From assembly GCF_037042905.1 (NCBI RefSeq), contig NC_087254.1, positions 16,678,001-16,742,000 of the forward strand: a stretch of 64,000 nt of DNA, written 5' to 3'. Below the pieces are notes generated by a model. It did not search any database. It was given only the letters and a program-made list of their open reading frames with translations, and had not been told where the DNA came from. The position numbers and the translations under genes are program-made. Of the stretch, positions 42,201-52,626 are shown one piece after another (within the stretch, counting starts at the first letter, position 1; every line of letters starts with the position of its first letter). Source of the DNA: Lytechinus pictus (taxonomy: Eukaryota).

Positions 42201-42364
42201 GTCTTCAGTACCATTGGACTTTTCCATATCAGACTCTATAGCAACTTGATCAATCCCCCTAGGAAAAAATAAATGAATAAGTACATGTAATAAACAAATA
42301 CTATTAATAAAATAAACTATCAATAAAAATATCACTAATGTTAATACTACTACTACTACTACTG

Positions 42365-42396
<32 letters not shown>

Positions 42397-45300
42397 TTAC
42401 TACTACTANNNNNNNNNNNNNNNNNNNNNNNNNNNNNNNNNNNNNNNNNNNNNNNNNNNNNNNNNNNNNNNNNNNNNNNNNNNNNNNNNNNNNNNNNNNN
42501 NNNNNNNNNNNNNNNNNNNNNNNNNNNNNNNNNNNNNNNNNNNNNNNNNNNNNNNNNNNNNNNNNNNNNNNNNNNNNNNNNNNNNNNNNNNNNNNNNNNN
42601 NNNNNNNNNNNNNNNNNNNNNNNNNNNNNNNNNNNNNNNNNNNNNNNNNNNNNNNNNNNNNNNNAACTACCACCACCAACTACCACCACTAACACCACCA
42701 CACTACTACTACATGTACAACTAATAATATCAAAAATAACAATAATAATGAAAATAATAAAGACAATAACAACCTGCCATTAAATGCTACTATAGGGACA
42801 ATCAACACTAAGGAAAACCCCTGGGAGATCAATAGGTTTATTCCATCTACAGTATGGATGGAAGAATTAACCAAGTTTTTTTGGTAAAAAAAAAAGGACT
42901 AACTTAATCAGGGAATCCAGACCAGGATCTTCAGGCGGATTGACCAATGACCAAAGCAATTGACTCTCCTCGTCCTCTTTGTATTCAAACGCCAGCTTAG
43001 GACCGTTGGGGTCAAGGGTCTTTGCCATGATCTCTGCCGTCGCCATGCCCAGCCTTCTGACCCTTTGAATGGGACTCTCAAGATGGGCCTGCACCCCGCC
43101 CATCAACATGGTGGTCAGATCTGAAAAGCAGAATAAGAACGAGAGGAATAGCGTTTGAAGGGTGACACGACATATGCTTCTGCGATATTTGCTTCGGTCT
43201 TAATATCTCAGAGGGCATAGGGTTAGAGTTAGGATTCTAATATAGTTGTTGGTTCAGAATAATGTAAAGATTAAGATTAGGTTTTATTCAGTTTTGGAGG
43301 TTATGTTTTATGGGTGGCTTAACATGCAGAATGCTCTTGACTTGGTCCGTTTGATGCAAATTCCTTTGTTATTTTGCCATCGAGAAACATGACACTTACA
43401 CGTTCAGTTCGAAGGTCTGCTGATGAAAAAGACAGATTATGTTCTACTAAAAAGCACACATACACACAATCAAAACAGTGTTTTACACAATACAGCACAT
43501 GTAGCACACGTAGTTGGAATTCAGAAAAATCCTTTTAAACAATCCTCAGAAAATTTTTTATTAACATAAATCATACTTTTTAGGCAAAAATTGTACAAAA
43601 TGATTGTATCTTACCTCCCTTGTGTTTTGCTTTCTCCTCTTCATTAAGATGTCCGACAGAAATAACAATGACCATGGTCAGATAGGCATGCTGGCTGTGT
43701 GATGTATGTTTTACGGCTGAACGGTCGCCCCATGTATTCAACACGCTCTTTAAAACCTGAAGAATGGAGAGATTTCTAACATCGTTTTTATTTTTGAGGG
43801 TCTATTTTTAACCTTTTACATTGGGGCGATTGCTGAAATTTTGGTGCCATTTCATTTCAAGGATTACTTTTTGCACAATGAGCAAAAATGATGTCAATAC
43901 CATTATTCAGCATGTAGAATATAGTTTTGAAAAGTATTCTAGAAAACTATTTGTGATGATCTTGTTGACTCTAGAAAAGGTGGTCACCCAAAAGAATGCC
44001 ATTAGGAGCATTTTACCCCATTCAGATTAATTTTGGCTGACATGAGGGCAAAATTGCCAGTCATCCTGCTGTATTTCCTACACCGGTATCCTTGCCTGAG
44101 GTTTCACAGGCATAGGGTCCAATGAGTTAAAATAATAGCACACAGGATTTGCATAGCTCTCTTTTGTCGTTATCTAGATTGTTCAAGGTGCGTGAGTATG
44201 TAAAGGACAAGTTTCGAAAACTATATTGTGCACAAACATAAATAATGCCAACCCCCCCAAAAAAAAAAAGTGAAAAGAGAGGAATTTCAGGGGAAATAGT
44301 CCACAATATCGCCACTGCAGTGACATGACATTTGATCCTGTGACAATGGGTCTGGGCTTGATTTTATCTAAGATGTAGGATTAGGGTTGCAATAGGGTTT
44401 TATGTTAGGTTTATGTTAGGGTATAATGTTAAACCCAGGGTTGGAGTTGGTCATTTGATTAGTGGGTGGAATTAAGAGCAGAGCAATTGTCGGCGGAGCT
44501 CATGTCATGGAACTGCCATTGTGTTCCCATTTACAGAAATGTATTTGAAACTACATGTACTCACTTCATGAATATTTATTGGAAGAATGGGATTTACCTT
44601 CACGATCAAATGCCTTCGGGAGGGAGAAGAAGCCAGATAGCCAATCAGATTCTGAGGAACGATAACATCCGCAAAGTGACGCAGGAGCAAGAACTTGTTG
44701 GTGAGGAGGAAGTTGATCTTGGCATTAGTAAGTACAGCATCACTCAAGAGTCTAGCGACATAACCAGACCTGAAAGGATAACAAGGAGGCAACATGGAGA
44801 AAGGGATACAGAGTACCAAACTCACAACGTCACAATTTTTTTCTACACCATACCAGTGGCAAGGAATAATGAAAAACACCTCCAACACCCACCCCAAATC
44901 AATCCCCAATAACAATAACACCAAAGTTCACTGAACTAAGCAATAAAACTATATAATGTATAAAAGAAAACAGTAATGAATGGTGAACAAGAGTGTCGCT
45001 AAGGCGAGCACATAATATGTCCACCTGTAACGTGGAAAATGGAGTTATGGTCAAGCAAGAAAAGTGGAAGGTGGCGACTTCACCTTTGACCTTCTGACCT
45101 CAAAATCAATAGAATTGCTGGGATCTATGCTAGTATCATACACACCAAATCATATGAGCCTAGGTTAAGTTAAACTAAAGTTATCGCATTTACACGGACT
45201 TTAGAAGGGCAAGATGAAAGCATGTCACTGTGACCTTGAACTTTGACCTTTTCACCTCAAAATCATTAGAATTTCTGGGGTTCACGCTTGTGGCATACAC

Positions 45301-48300
45301 ACCAAATTATATGAGCCTAGATTAAGTAAAACTGAAGTTATCGCGTTTACAAGGACTTCAGAAGGGTAAGATGAAAACATATCACTGTGACCTTGACTTT
45401 TGACCTTAAGACATCAAAATCAATTGGCTTCCTGAGATCTATGCTAGTATCATACACACCAAATTATATGAGTCTAGGTTAAGTTAAATTGAAGTTATCG
45501 CGGGAAAAGTTGACTGATGGACGGACAGACAGGCGGATGGACACCGAGTGTGATACCATAATACGTCCGGTAGGACGGGCGTATAAAAAACAAGTACATT
45601 GAGAAAAATATCAAGCAAAATGGTAAAAAACAGATTAAAAAAAAAATGATTACCATGGGCAATGTCTGAGTAAGTATTCAAGAATGACTTCCAGACTCCT
45701 GTCTGGAGCTCCTGCCAGGATTCGATTAGCAATGCGACACCAGATGAAATTAGAGGAAGTCAACTTCAGTAGCTGTGGAAGCAGTATGCCAAAAAGTCTC
45801 TCTGCGCACAAGGAGGAAAAATAATTATTCTGTTTAAATTCAATTTATTTCCACTAAAAAAACCAATACAAATCAACACAATACAATAGTTGATATACAT
45901 CAATACTAGTACTGGCTCATAAAAAAATGAACTCTTACAGCATGTAAGAGATCATTTCAATACTGTAGTTAGTTATGTTGTTATAATAATCATCATACTT
46001 GACAGAATATTGCACACCAATTTCTTCATCAGAGGCCAGATGAGTGCTATCTTCAACTTGCCCTCTATCACCTTGTACTTACTAAGAAATGTAGACTATT
46101 TGAATACAATTTTTTCCTGAAGTTAAGTATTTCTCAAGGATTAAGATACAGGGTAACTACTCACATGAGAATTCTAAGTATATGACTCTGTACATTCATT
46201 CATATATCTCATGATAAATTAAAAAAGCCAGCCTCTGGAAGAAAACGCTAATTATATATTTGCACAGTTACAATTGACACATCTTAAATCTCAAAATACC
46301 TTGTACAAAGTAGACAGCCCCCCCCCCCAAAAAAAAAAATACATCTTACCGGTGTAACCTTGAATGCATAATCGACCAATCAGCTCACTCACAAACTGCA
46401 GGGAAGCATTTTCAGACTCTGGAAATAACAAATGTTGGATAAATAACATTAACAATACTCTACAGTGCATTCCACAATAAAGGAAACCGTATTCCCAGTT
46501 ATTTTTTTTAACACAGCCAAACACTTCTATGGTCTTTTATTGATATTATCATAACATTCAGCTTGTCATCTTTATTTAAATTCAAATATGATATGAACAT
46601 GCAATGTAAACAGCAAGTTGGGCAGAAAGATGGTTTGAGATTTGTTATCAAGGATGCGATGACCTTGGGTAAGAACAAGATGGCTCATTAGCATATCTTT
46701 TGTTTAGTTTCTTTAACTAAATTCACATGCAAGTGTTTGCACACGTCGTTTCTGACATGCTCTGGACATTATTTGTTTTTTACTCATCAATGCATGAACA
46801 ATACACTTAAGTATTTGGTAAAAAATCAAAGAGATTCACTTTTTTACTATCACTTTAAATCTATGATTGAAACATATTCAAATTAATATTTATCTCAAAG
46901 ACAGCTTTCCCTTATATTTGTGGGATGCAATTAATTAGGTCTATTTTTTGCAAATTTAGAGAAGTATGATCAGAAGGAAAGAAAATCTCTGATCATTATA
47001 ACAAGAGGAAACATGGAAGTAATCAGACAACCTCCTTAATATTAATGTACAAAAAATGCTTGTATATTCTTACTTTAGCCAATAACCTGATGAAGACAGA
47101 TATCTAAGAGACTTTTCCCGGAAAATTGAGATTGTAAATATTATATGGAACTCACTTGATAGTTTCTCATGGACGTAGTGTAATGTTTTCAAAATCTCTT
47201 TCGCTACCATTGGAATGAAATGATCAGGGTAGAAGAAGTAACTGCCAACAGAACAAATGAGATCGAAGGAACAAATTACAGTAAGATTCAATTTTATTTT
47301 GCCATCAAACAAATCAAGTCATACAAATATCTTGAGCATTTCTTAATTTACTTCATTTTAGATCATTATCATATTTAACTTCATCTCTTCAATTATTTGT
47401 TCATAAATTCATTCATTACTAAATCAAACATATCTTTTAGTCAATATAAATTATGTCTGCATTAATTTAATTAATATTTCCATTTATCTCTTTTGGGAGG
47501 GTGGCAAAAAAAAAAGAGTTTCAATGAATCTGAATTGCCTCAAGAAACAAACAAATTACTAAAAGTTCATCATGTACACTTTAAGAAATGAATCTCAATT
47601 TTTACAGTTTACCTAATCTCTAAAAGTCTTGTGATTATTGTATGTTTAATCGAGAATAAAACAATAAATAGATCATAGGTTCTTTCAACTGATGCTTGGA
47701 TTACCTGCAGTCCTTTTTCATTGCATTGGCAATCCGGTCAGGTAGAGTCACCAGAACAGTCATGACCTGTGACCTTTGACCATCCAGTGCCGACCTGGAA
47801 GAACAAGGCGAGGTCGACAGAAAGGTCGCTGAACCTGGGGAGACATCACACATGGAACAGAGCATTGTCTGGAGTTGGTGCTGATTAAAGAACTCTTCAA
47901 GGAGCAAGACACATTTCTTCTGTTTGAAGCTTGGACTGCCAGAGGAAAATTTGAGTTGGAGATACAGATGAAAAATGAAAGAGATAAAAAATAAAGAAGA
48001 TGAGAGATTGCAGAGTAGGCTGTGGTGTAGAGGTACTGACTCTCACCTTGTAACTAACCAGAGGGTCATGTGTTTGAATCCCACCATGACCTAGCATCCT
48101 TTAGCAAGGCATCAATCCACACTTTACAACTCTCCACCCAGGTGTTAAAAGAATACCTGGTAGGATGTGATGCCTATGTAGTATACCTTGTAGTTGAGTC
48201 TTGAAGTTCTTGTTAAAATGCTCCCCAGGGAGTGGAGAATGTGCATAATATATCTGTAAAGTAAGCACTTAGAGACATTGCTCTGATATAAATGTATTAA

Positions 48301-49893
48301 GAGCTATATATGTGGATTATCATTATTATCATTTCCATAAAATTATGTATCCCCTGATTAAAGTTGAGAAAATAAAGGTTTGATCAATGATAAATTGAAA
48401 AAAATAGGTCTCTAAGAATTTTTTCAATATATTTTATAACACAAATAAATGTAACATACACTTTTAAGCATACGTTCATTTCCTCATATTCTACCCTGAA
48501 ACTATGTCATAATCGTCCATAAATAAATAATATCAGAATAATCTACCGTATAAATAAAGTCAAAGTATACTTTGCAGATGGTTTGCATGGTTTTCAATCA
48601 ATCCATATGGAATAGGATAATTGATTCTCATTAAAGGTCAAGTCCACCTTAGAAAAATGTTGATTTGAATCAATAGAGAAAAATCAGACAAGCATAATGC
48701 TGAAAATTTCATCAAAATCGGATGTAAAATAAAAAAATTATGACATTTTAAAGTTTTGCTTATTTTTCACAAAAAAGATATGCACAATTTAGTCACGGTC
48801 TGCTCTTTTTTTTATTGTTTGAATTATACAATATTTCATTTTTTTACAGATTTGACAAAGAGGACCAACTTGACTGAACCATATAATGTTAAACAATGGT
48901 AATTTCACAAGTTCAGGGCAAAATAAAACTTGGTTTCAAGGGACAATGAGGAGAAAATTAGAATATTTCATATTTCACTTAATAACAGACAAAAAAAATA
49001 GTGAGTGATGTCATCAGCTCCCTCATTTGCATAATGACCTGGATACGCATATAACTATTTTGTGAAATTAAGCAAAAATAAAAAATGTCATAACTTTCTT
49101 ATAAAATTTTACATCCGATTTTGATGAAATTTTCAGTGTTGTGCTTGTTTGATTTTTCTCTTTTTATTTAAATCAACTTTTTGTTAGGGTGGACTTGTCG
49201 TTCAATCATAGCAATGTTCAAGTCCCACCACCTGTTGAAAAAAAAAATTGATGCAAAATATGTTTGATTTAATTCATTTACCAATAAAGGAACATAAATT
49301 TGATTCTCGCAAGAGATGAACAAAAACTAGGCCTGTTGACATAATAATGACAGTTAATACATGGTGTCATACTATGATATTTATTGGTGACCTTTTATTT
49401 TGATGAATGAAATTAAAATAAAACAAATTCAGCTTGGTATTTTGAATTGGGAAGTGTAGCAAACTGACCAAAATATGACCTTATTTGTCTATTTCACTAC
49501 AAACCTGCTATTCTGAATAACACTGCATAGTACAAGCAGAGCGTCTTCAGGTAGACCTTTCAGGAAAAAGCTGTTGAACAATCGGTTGCCTTCTTGACTT
49601 CGCCCAAAATTGCTGTACCATTCAAAGTTCAATATATTACACAAGTAATTAAGGAAATGCACATAGTGGCTTTCACGAATCTGTCTTTGGGCTAAATCCA
49701 TATCATGATCAGGTAAATCGGTAGTTTTCAGTAAATCCTTAAAGTCTGAGGAGTCACCAGATTGCAGCAGGAGACTTCCAATTTTTTGAAGAGCTGCGCA
49801 CATTTCCCTCTCGCTTTTTGATCTGGAAAGCACATTCCTTGCATCAGTCACAACATTTTGTGCCAGTGTCTTAATTTCTGATAAGCTGGTCAT
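27272..49893 (-). CDS. TELO2: Telomere length regulation protein TEL2 homolog (TTT complex), whole gene, 20 coding exons, 2598 nt / 865 aa
   Basis: Spliced translation shows TELO2 hallmarks: LPDRIAN, VRRLGMATAE, DSDDEFEP-DMS, YVRDC, LLHLED, NYNIRQRMDILE, WRDIVQKRIESKTRRF, NRFAPVAGHFFFPL, LGRL-YTLG, YVRQ, EKDPEPEC. All introns are GT-AG and phases are consistent. Confidence 0.96.
28437..28519 (-). CDS. TELO2: TELO2 exon 19
   Basis: ILEKDPEPECKALAGQTLL; tcag| and |GTAAAC. Confidence 0.92.
29032..29292 (+). mobile_element. tRNA-derived SINE
   Basis: A box TGGTCTAGTGG, degenerate B box, core TGCTGCACTCAACCCAGGTGAGGTGAATGGGTACC, (TAT)n tail. Confidence 0.85.
29444..29559 (-). CDS. TELO2: TELO2 exon 18
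   Basis: YVRQSLMFAVSMVTLSVPAHLL...ECRHWLQ; gaag| and |GTAAAC. Confidence 0.93.
30408..30472 (-). CDS. TELO2: TELO2 exon 17
   Basis: ICRQMAVSLLDFIWSLRYHSE; ctag| and |GTAAGT. Confidence 0.94.
30735..32996 (-). mobile_element. tRNA-derived SINE head split by the CACAGTG element
   Basis: B box GGTTCGATCCC (30775-30785) and A box TGGCCGAGTGG (32976-32986) on - strand; removing the insert rejoins them as GGCGCCTTAGACCACTCGGCC. Confidence 0.8.
30818..32970. mobile_element. Non-autonomous DNA transposon with CACAGTG termini and TTA TSD (Chapaev3/CMC-like)
   Basis: 12-bp TIR CACAGTGAGCCA / TGGCTCACTGTG; TTA at 30815-17 and 32971-73; interrupts a SINE; AAAACGGCTA-type subterminal repeats; no transposase ORF. 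Confidence 0.85.
33267..34212. mobile_element. Kolobok-type non-autonomous element, TTAA TSD
   Basis: TTAA|GGACGTTCCACAGTTA ... TAACTGTGGAACGTCC|TTAA, perfect 16-bp TIR. Confidence 0.85.
34402..34501 (-). CDS. TELO2: TELO2 exon 16
   Basis: TMDLLGNDFLLLGRLMYTLGITMYAAQNTP; ccag| and |GTAAGT. Confidence 0.95.
35334..35425 (-). CDS. TELO2: TELO2 exon 15
   Basis: NRFAPVAGHFFFPLLKSYD; acag| and |GTAAAA. Confidence 0.95.
36035..36208 (-). CDS. TELO2: TELO2 exon 14
   Basis: VLAAAAQDLSKP...NWRDIVQKRIESKTRRFAK; gtag| and |GTGGAG. Confidence 0.93.
36591..36871 (-). mobile_element. tRNA-derived SINE, same family
   Basis: Reverse complement of the same core; A/B-box-like head; (TAT)n tail. Confidence 0.85.
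37030..37101 (-). CDS. TELO2: TELO2 exon 13
   Basis: YLTGEFYNRNYNIRQRMDILE; ttag| and |GTATAT. Confidence 0.94.
37942..39005 (-). mobile_element. Second, more diverged copy of the 7690-8826 HINE family
   Basis: Reverse complement of the same termini (AACAAGTGG...GTCTCGCCTGCAT; GTCGGAAAAGCGGTGCCTATAGTCTCG) and of the same internal repeats. Confidence 0.8.
39118..39234 (-). CDS. TELO2: TELO2 exon 12
   Basis: VCSQFVAILLHLEDQY...LRHSAMVALAVNCP; gcag| and |GTATGA. Confidence 0.94.
39484..39850 (+). mobile_element. Internal LINE fragment (Rex1/Babar-like EN-RT linker) in TELO2 intron 11
   Basis: GSDHLNIHLVPTYIQKLK...WSDDA...CIDCMNWD...AYVNF...IPHKT...NNKPWVSKEL resembles the ORF2 linker of this LINE group; truncated on both sides. 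Confidence 0.75.
40121..40212 (-). CDS. TELO2: TELO2 exon 11
   Basis: LTSRDAPELTEASLKVAEKLIRAKPDDLKD; acag| and |GTAAGA. Confidence 0.92.
41007..41095 (-). CDS. TELO2: TELO2 exon 10
   Basis: SDDEFEPCDMSHDTKVTKVKVPVYVRDCID; acag| and |GTAATG. Confidence 0.94.
41309..41799. mobile_element. Poly-G-ended MITE (TIR AGTCAAATATATTGCTGTATACATGCGTGA)
   Basis: Inverted termini ...TCATGCATGTGTACAGCGATACATTTGACT; internal CTTGTTTAGGGG repeats. Confidence 0.75.
42136..42258 (-). CDS. TELO2: TELO2 exon 9 (acidic linker)
   Basis: GIDQVAIE...EEEFD; ctag| and |GTAATT; phase fits neighbours. Confidence 0.85.
42345..42712. repeat. (TAC)n microsatellite spanning an assembly gap (256 N, 42409-42664)
   Basis: TAC/CAC triplet runs on both sides of the N block in TELO2 intron 8. 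Confidence 0.95.
42904..43120 (-). CDS. TELO2: TELO2 exon 8
   Basis: GGVQAHLESPIQRVRRLGMATAEIMA...PKLAFEY; tcag| and |GTTAGT. Confidence 0.94.
43615..43756 (-). CDS. TELO2: TELO2 exon 7
   Basis: VLKSVLNTWGDRSAVKHTSHSQHAYLT; tcag| and |GTAAGA. Confidence 0.93.
44598..44769 (-). CDS. TELO2: TELO2 exon 6
   Basis: VARLLSDAVLTNAKINFLLTNKFLLL...NLIGYLA; tcag| and |GTAAAT. Confidence 0.93.
44986..45590 (-). mobile_element. DINE-1/Pearl-like HINE, second family
   Basis: On - strand: TTTTTATACGCCCGTC..GACGTATTAT start, (GTCC/GTCT) microsatellite, ~158-bp repeats x~3, 3' hairpin GTGCTCGC-CTTA-GCGACAC, CTTGTT end. Confidence 0.75.
45654..45801 (-). CDS. TELO2: TELO2 exon 5
   Basis: ILLPQLLKLT...WCRIANRILAGAPDRSLEVIL; gcag| and |GTAATC. 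Confidence 0.92.
46350..46418 (-). CDS. TELO2: TELO2 exon 4
   Basis: SLQFVSELIGRLCIQG; ccag| and |GTAAGA. Confidence 0.92.
47156..47241 (-). CDS. TELO2: TELO2 exon 3
   Basis: YFFYPDHFIPMVAKEILKTL; |GTGAGT donor. Confidence 0.9.
47705..47935 (-). CDS. TELO2: TELO2 exon 2
   Basis: PSFKQKKCVLLLEEF...VTLPDRIANAMKKDC; gcag| and |GTAA. Confidence 0.93.
48017..48330 (+). mobile_element. tRNA-derived SINE (diverged)
   Basis: TGTGGTGTAGAGG A box, GTTTGAATCCC B box, CTCCACCCAGGTGT core, TATTATC tail. Confidence 0.7.
48635..49201. mobile_element. T2/Kolobok-type MITE in TELO2 intron 1
   Basis: TTAA|AGGTCAAGTCCACC ... GGTGGACTTGT; long imperfect TIRs with the TTTCATCAAAATCGGATG motif. Confidence 0.8.
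49505..49893 (-). CDS. TELO2: TELO2 exon 1
   Basis: MTSLSEIK...FFLKGLPEDALLVL; donor AG|GTTTGT. Confidence 0.92.
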
Positions 49894-50099
49894 CGTTGCT
49901 CACATTAAATCGTTCAACAAACAATTTGGAGAAAGAATGACCAAACTCCAAATCCAAAGATTGTTCCGTTCCCAACATTAACTAATGAAAACCACCAAGG
50001 GAAAGGTCAAGGACAATGTGATGTGCTCTTCATTGTTCAAGTTCAATTCAAGGAAACTCATTTCCAAATTCCTTATTCCCTCAGTAACAAGACCATGAT

Positions 50100-50360
50100 G
50101 GCATGAAGACACTCACCCGAACAGCAAGCTACATTGGATTCACTCACACTAATACGAGGTTAGCTATACCGGTACTGCGCATTCGTTACAGAATCATAGC
50201 AAGGTTCAATTTGCACGGTTCAATTATAGGACACTACGCTGCTACGCACATGACGCAGCGGAGAGCATTGACTGTAGTGAAAGCTCAGCGGGCTGGCTCC
50301 GGCTAAGTTACGGCGCGGCGTCTGCTCTGGTAAGACAGCTATCCCCTGGCTCGTCTTTTC
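50100..50360. promoter_or_regulatory. Probable TELO2 promoter region
   Basis: CpG-enriched unique segment 200-450 bp upstream of the TELO2 ATG. Confidence 0.45.
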
Positions 50361-50776
50361 ATCCTGTCTGTTTCCAGCAAGTGAAAACAAATTTGTTACG
50401 GTGCTCTCCTTGATTCAGAGAAAACTCATTTCCATGTCGAGTAATAAGAGACGCTTTATAACCTGCTGGAAATAACTTTAAGAATCCTTTTCACCAACAG
50501 AAGTTGCAAGCTTCTTCAAAAAATCAAAGTTCAACTTCAGTCTTTACGTGACGCTTACCATACTATCGATTTATGGAGTGCTTGCTGTGTGCATGGGTAT
50601 ATGCATATCACGCACATGAGAACAAAATATGAAAATTTCTTGGTTTTCTAAATATGCTTATTTGTGCAATTTGAGCATGGTCCTGGGAAAGAGGGGGGGG
50701 GGGGCATCCCTATACCACTAGCCTTTGTTTACCAAATTACATCCCTATCTCTTTTTTTTGGGGGGGGGGGGTTTGA

Positions 50777-52626
50777 CGGCTCGGTGTAAAAATGGCTGAG
50801 GTAAAAATGGCAGAGGTAAAAATGGCAAAGGTAAAATTGGCAGAGGTAAAATGGCAAAGGTAAAAATGGCAAAGGTAAAAATGGCAAAGGTAAAAATGGC
50901 AGAGGTAAAAATGGCAAAGGTAAAAATGGCACAGGTAATAATGGCAAAGGTAAAAATGATAGAGGCATAAATGGTCAGTTTTAAACCCCCATGCCAAAAA
51001 ACCCAAAAGCCCCTCCATGCACAGTAGATTAAATATGAAAGGTTCTGAGAAGAAATTTGGAATTATAATGTTTGACTAATGGAAAGGGTAACATTTTCAA
51101 ATGATGCTGTAGATCTTCTGCACCAAATTGATAACACTTGAGTTGGTATTTCTTATTTTTTCCTGGACTTACGCGGTCTTCTCATGTCAAATCGCTCTTT
51201 TAATATTCAAATTTGAAGCACACTTTGGATCCCAAGTATTATACTTCATTCATTACAGGGGAAATTCACACTGACATAAAGATTATTGTAGAAAGAGCAG
51301 AAAATAATTAAAATGATACTGGTGGGGGTTTTAGGGAATCCATATCAAAGATTTAAAAAGCTGTTAGAATTTTACATTTTAACGGTGACGTCATTTGCGA
51401 GCAGTTTTTCCCGCATATGGTGTAATAAAAAATACCAATGAAATGTCAATTTAAAAAAAAATGAAAATGGCTTTTATTGTAACATACAAATCATTTCACA
51501 TCCGCACCTGAAAGTTTTTTTTAGCAATCATGAACCACTGATTAAAATATTGAAAAGTATACATTTTGGTGCATTAAATACGGGGCAGCTGCTAGTATAT
51601 GACGTCACAGATCATAAAAACTCAAACTTCTAATAACTATCTTAATCTTTGATGGGCTTGCCGCAAACTTTCACCAATATATTTTTCTGCTAATTTTACA
51701 GTAAACCATTTGTCAGGGTGAATTTCCCCTTCAAAACAGGTCGATAGAATGGTACCTAAGAAACACCTAAAAATTCAAATCCCTAAATTCGCTACACATT
51801 TCAAAATTAATGCGGTAACCGTTACCATAGAAACTAGGTTAGGAACCTGACATCCACTTGGACTAGGTGCAATGAGCCTGAGGTATTGCTCTGAAAAACT
51901 GAACACTAGTTGCTATCATTATATCATTTACATTAAACTATATACGTATCATATCAATATCTATTCGGATCCATTATGATGTTGAAATATGAAAAATTGC
52001 TTTTATTACAGAACGTTTTGTTATTTTTCTGTTATCCAAGTATTATGCCAGTGGTTCAAAGAAATCCCGAACTTGTCTATTTCAGTGTGTTAATGGTAGC
52101 GCACATTGGTCTTTATACATTAAAATTTGTTGGTTATGTATGGGATGAAGTACGTGCTGTTCTACTATACGAACTGGCCAAGATAAATACTTTCATCAAT
52201 CACTAATTGAAATTATTTTGGCATGAAATAGTTTGAGTTTGATCATATCAACGATAAATTATAGACCTAAAATGATGACAGAAAAATCCATATAATATCT
52301 AATCAGTTCATAATACTCCTTTCGTCGAGAGGAGTCCATTCAAGTTCAATAACTATGACTGATATTAACCAAAAAGGTTCTGTTTTTTTCCTTGTTGATG
52401 TATAGCATATCATGATCTTTACCTCTGCCATTTTTACCTCTGCCATATTTACCTCTGCCATTATTACCTCTGCCATTTTTACCTCTACCATTTTTACCTC
52501 TGCCATTTTTACCTCTGCCATTTTTACCTCTGCCATTTTTACCTCTGCCATTATTACCTCTGCCATTTTTACCTCTGCCATTTTTACCTCTGCCATTATT
52601 ACCTCTGCCATTTTTACCCGGCACCG
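50777..52626. mobile_element. Foldback (TU-like) element with inverted arrays of a 15-bp unit GTAAAAATGGCAGAG
   Basis: ~13 units at 50785-50972 and ~13 inverted units at 52418-52618; CGG...CCG ends; flanks GTTTGA / GTTCGA. Confidence 0.8.
51257..51730. mobile_element. T2/Kolobok-type MITE nested in the foldback element
   Basis: AGGGGAAATTCACACTGACA ... TGTCAGGGTGAATTTCCCCT; degenerate TTAA flanks. Confidence 0.7.

Noticed and set aside
42132-42724. Long ORFs containing X runs
   Set aside because: Artefacts of the N gap and the (TAC)n microsatellite; only 42136-42258 is coding (TELO2 exon 9).
43161-44520. Telomere-like TTAGGG motifs inside TELO2 introns
   Set aside because: Scattered, degenerate motifs within two copies of a small repeat element (~43161-43340 and ~44310-44517); not a telomeric array and coincidental to the gene name.
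44466-44912. 148-aa + strand ORF
   Set aside because: Antisense shadow of TELO2 exon 6 plus repeat sequence; no independent motif.
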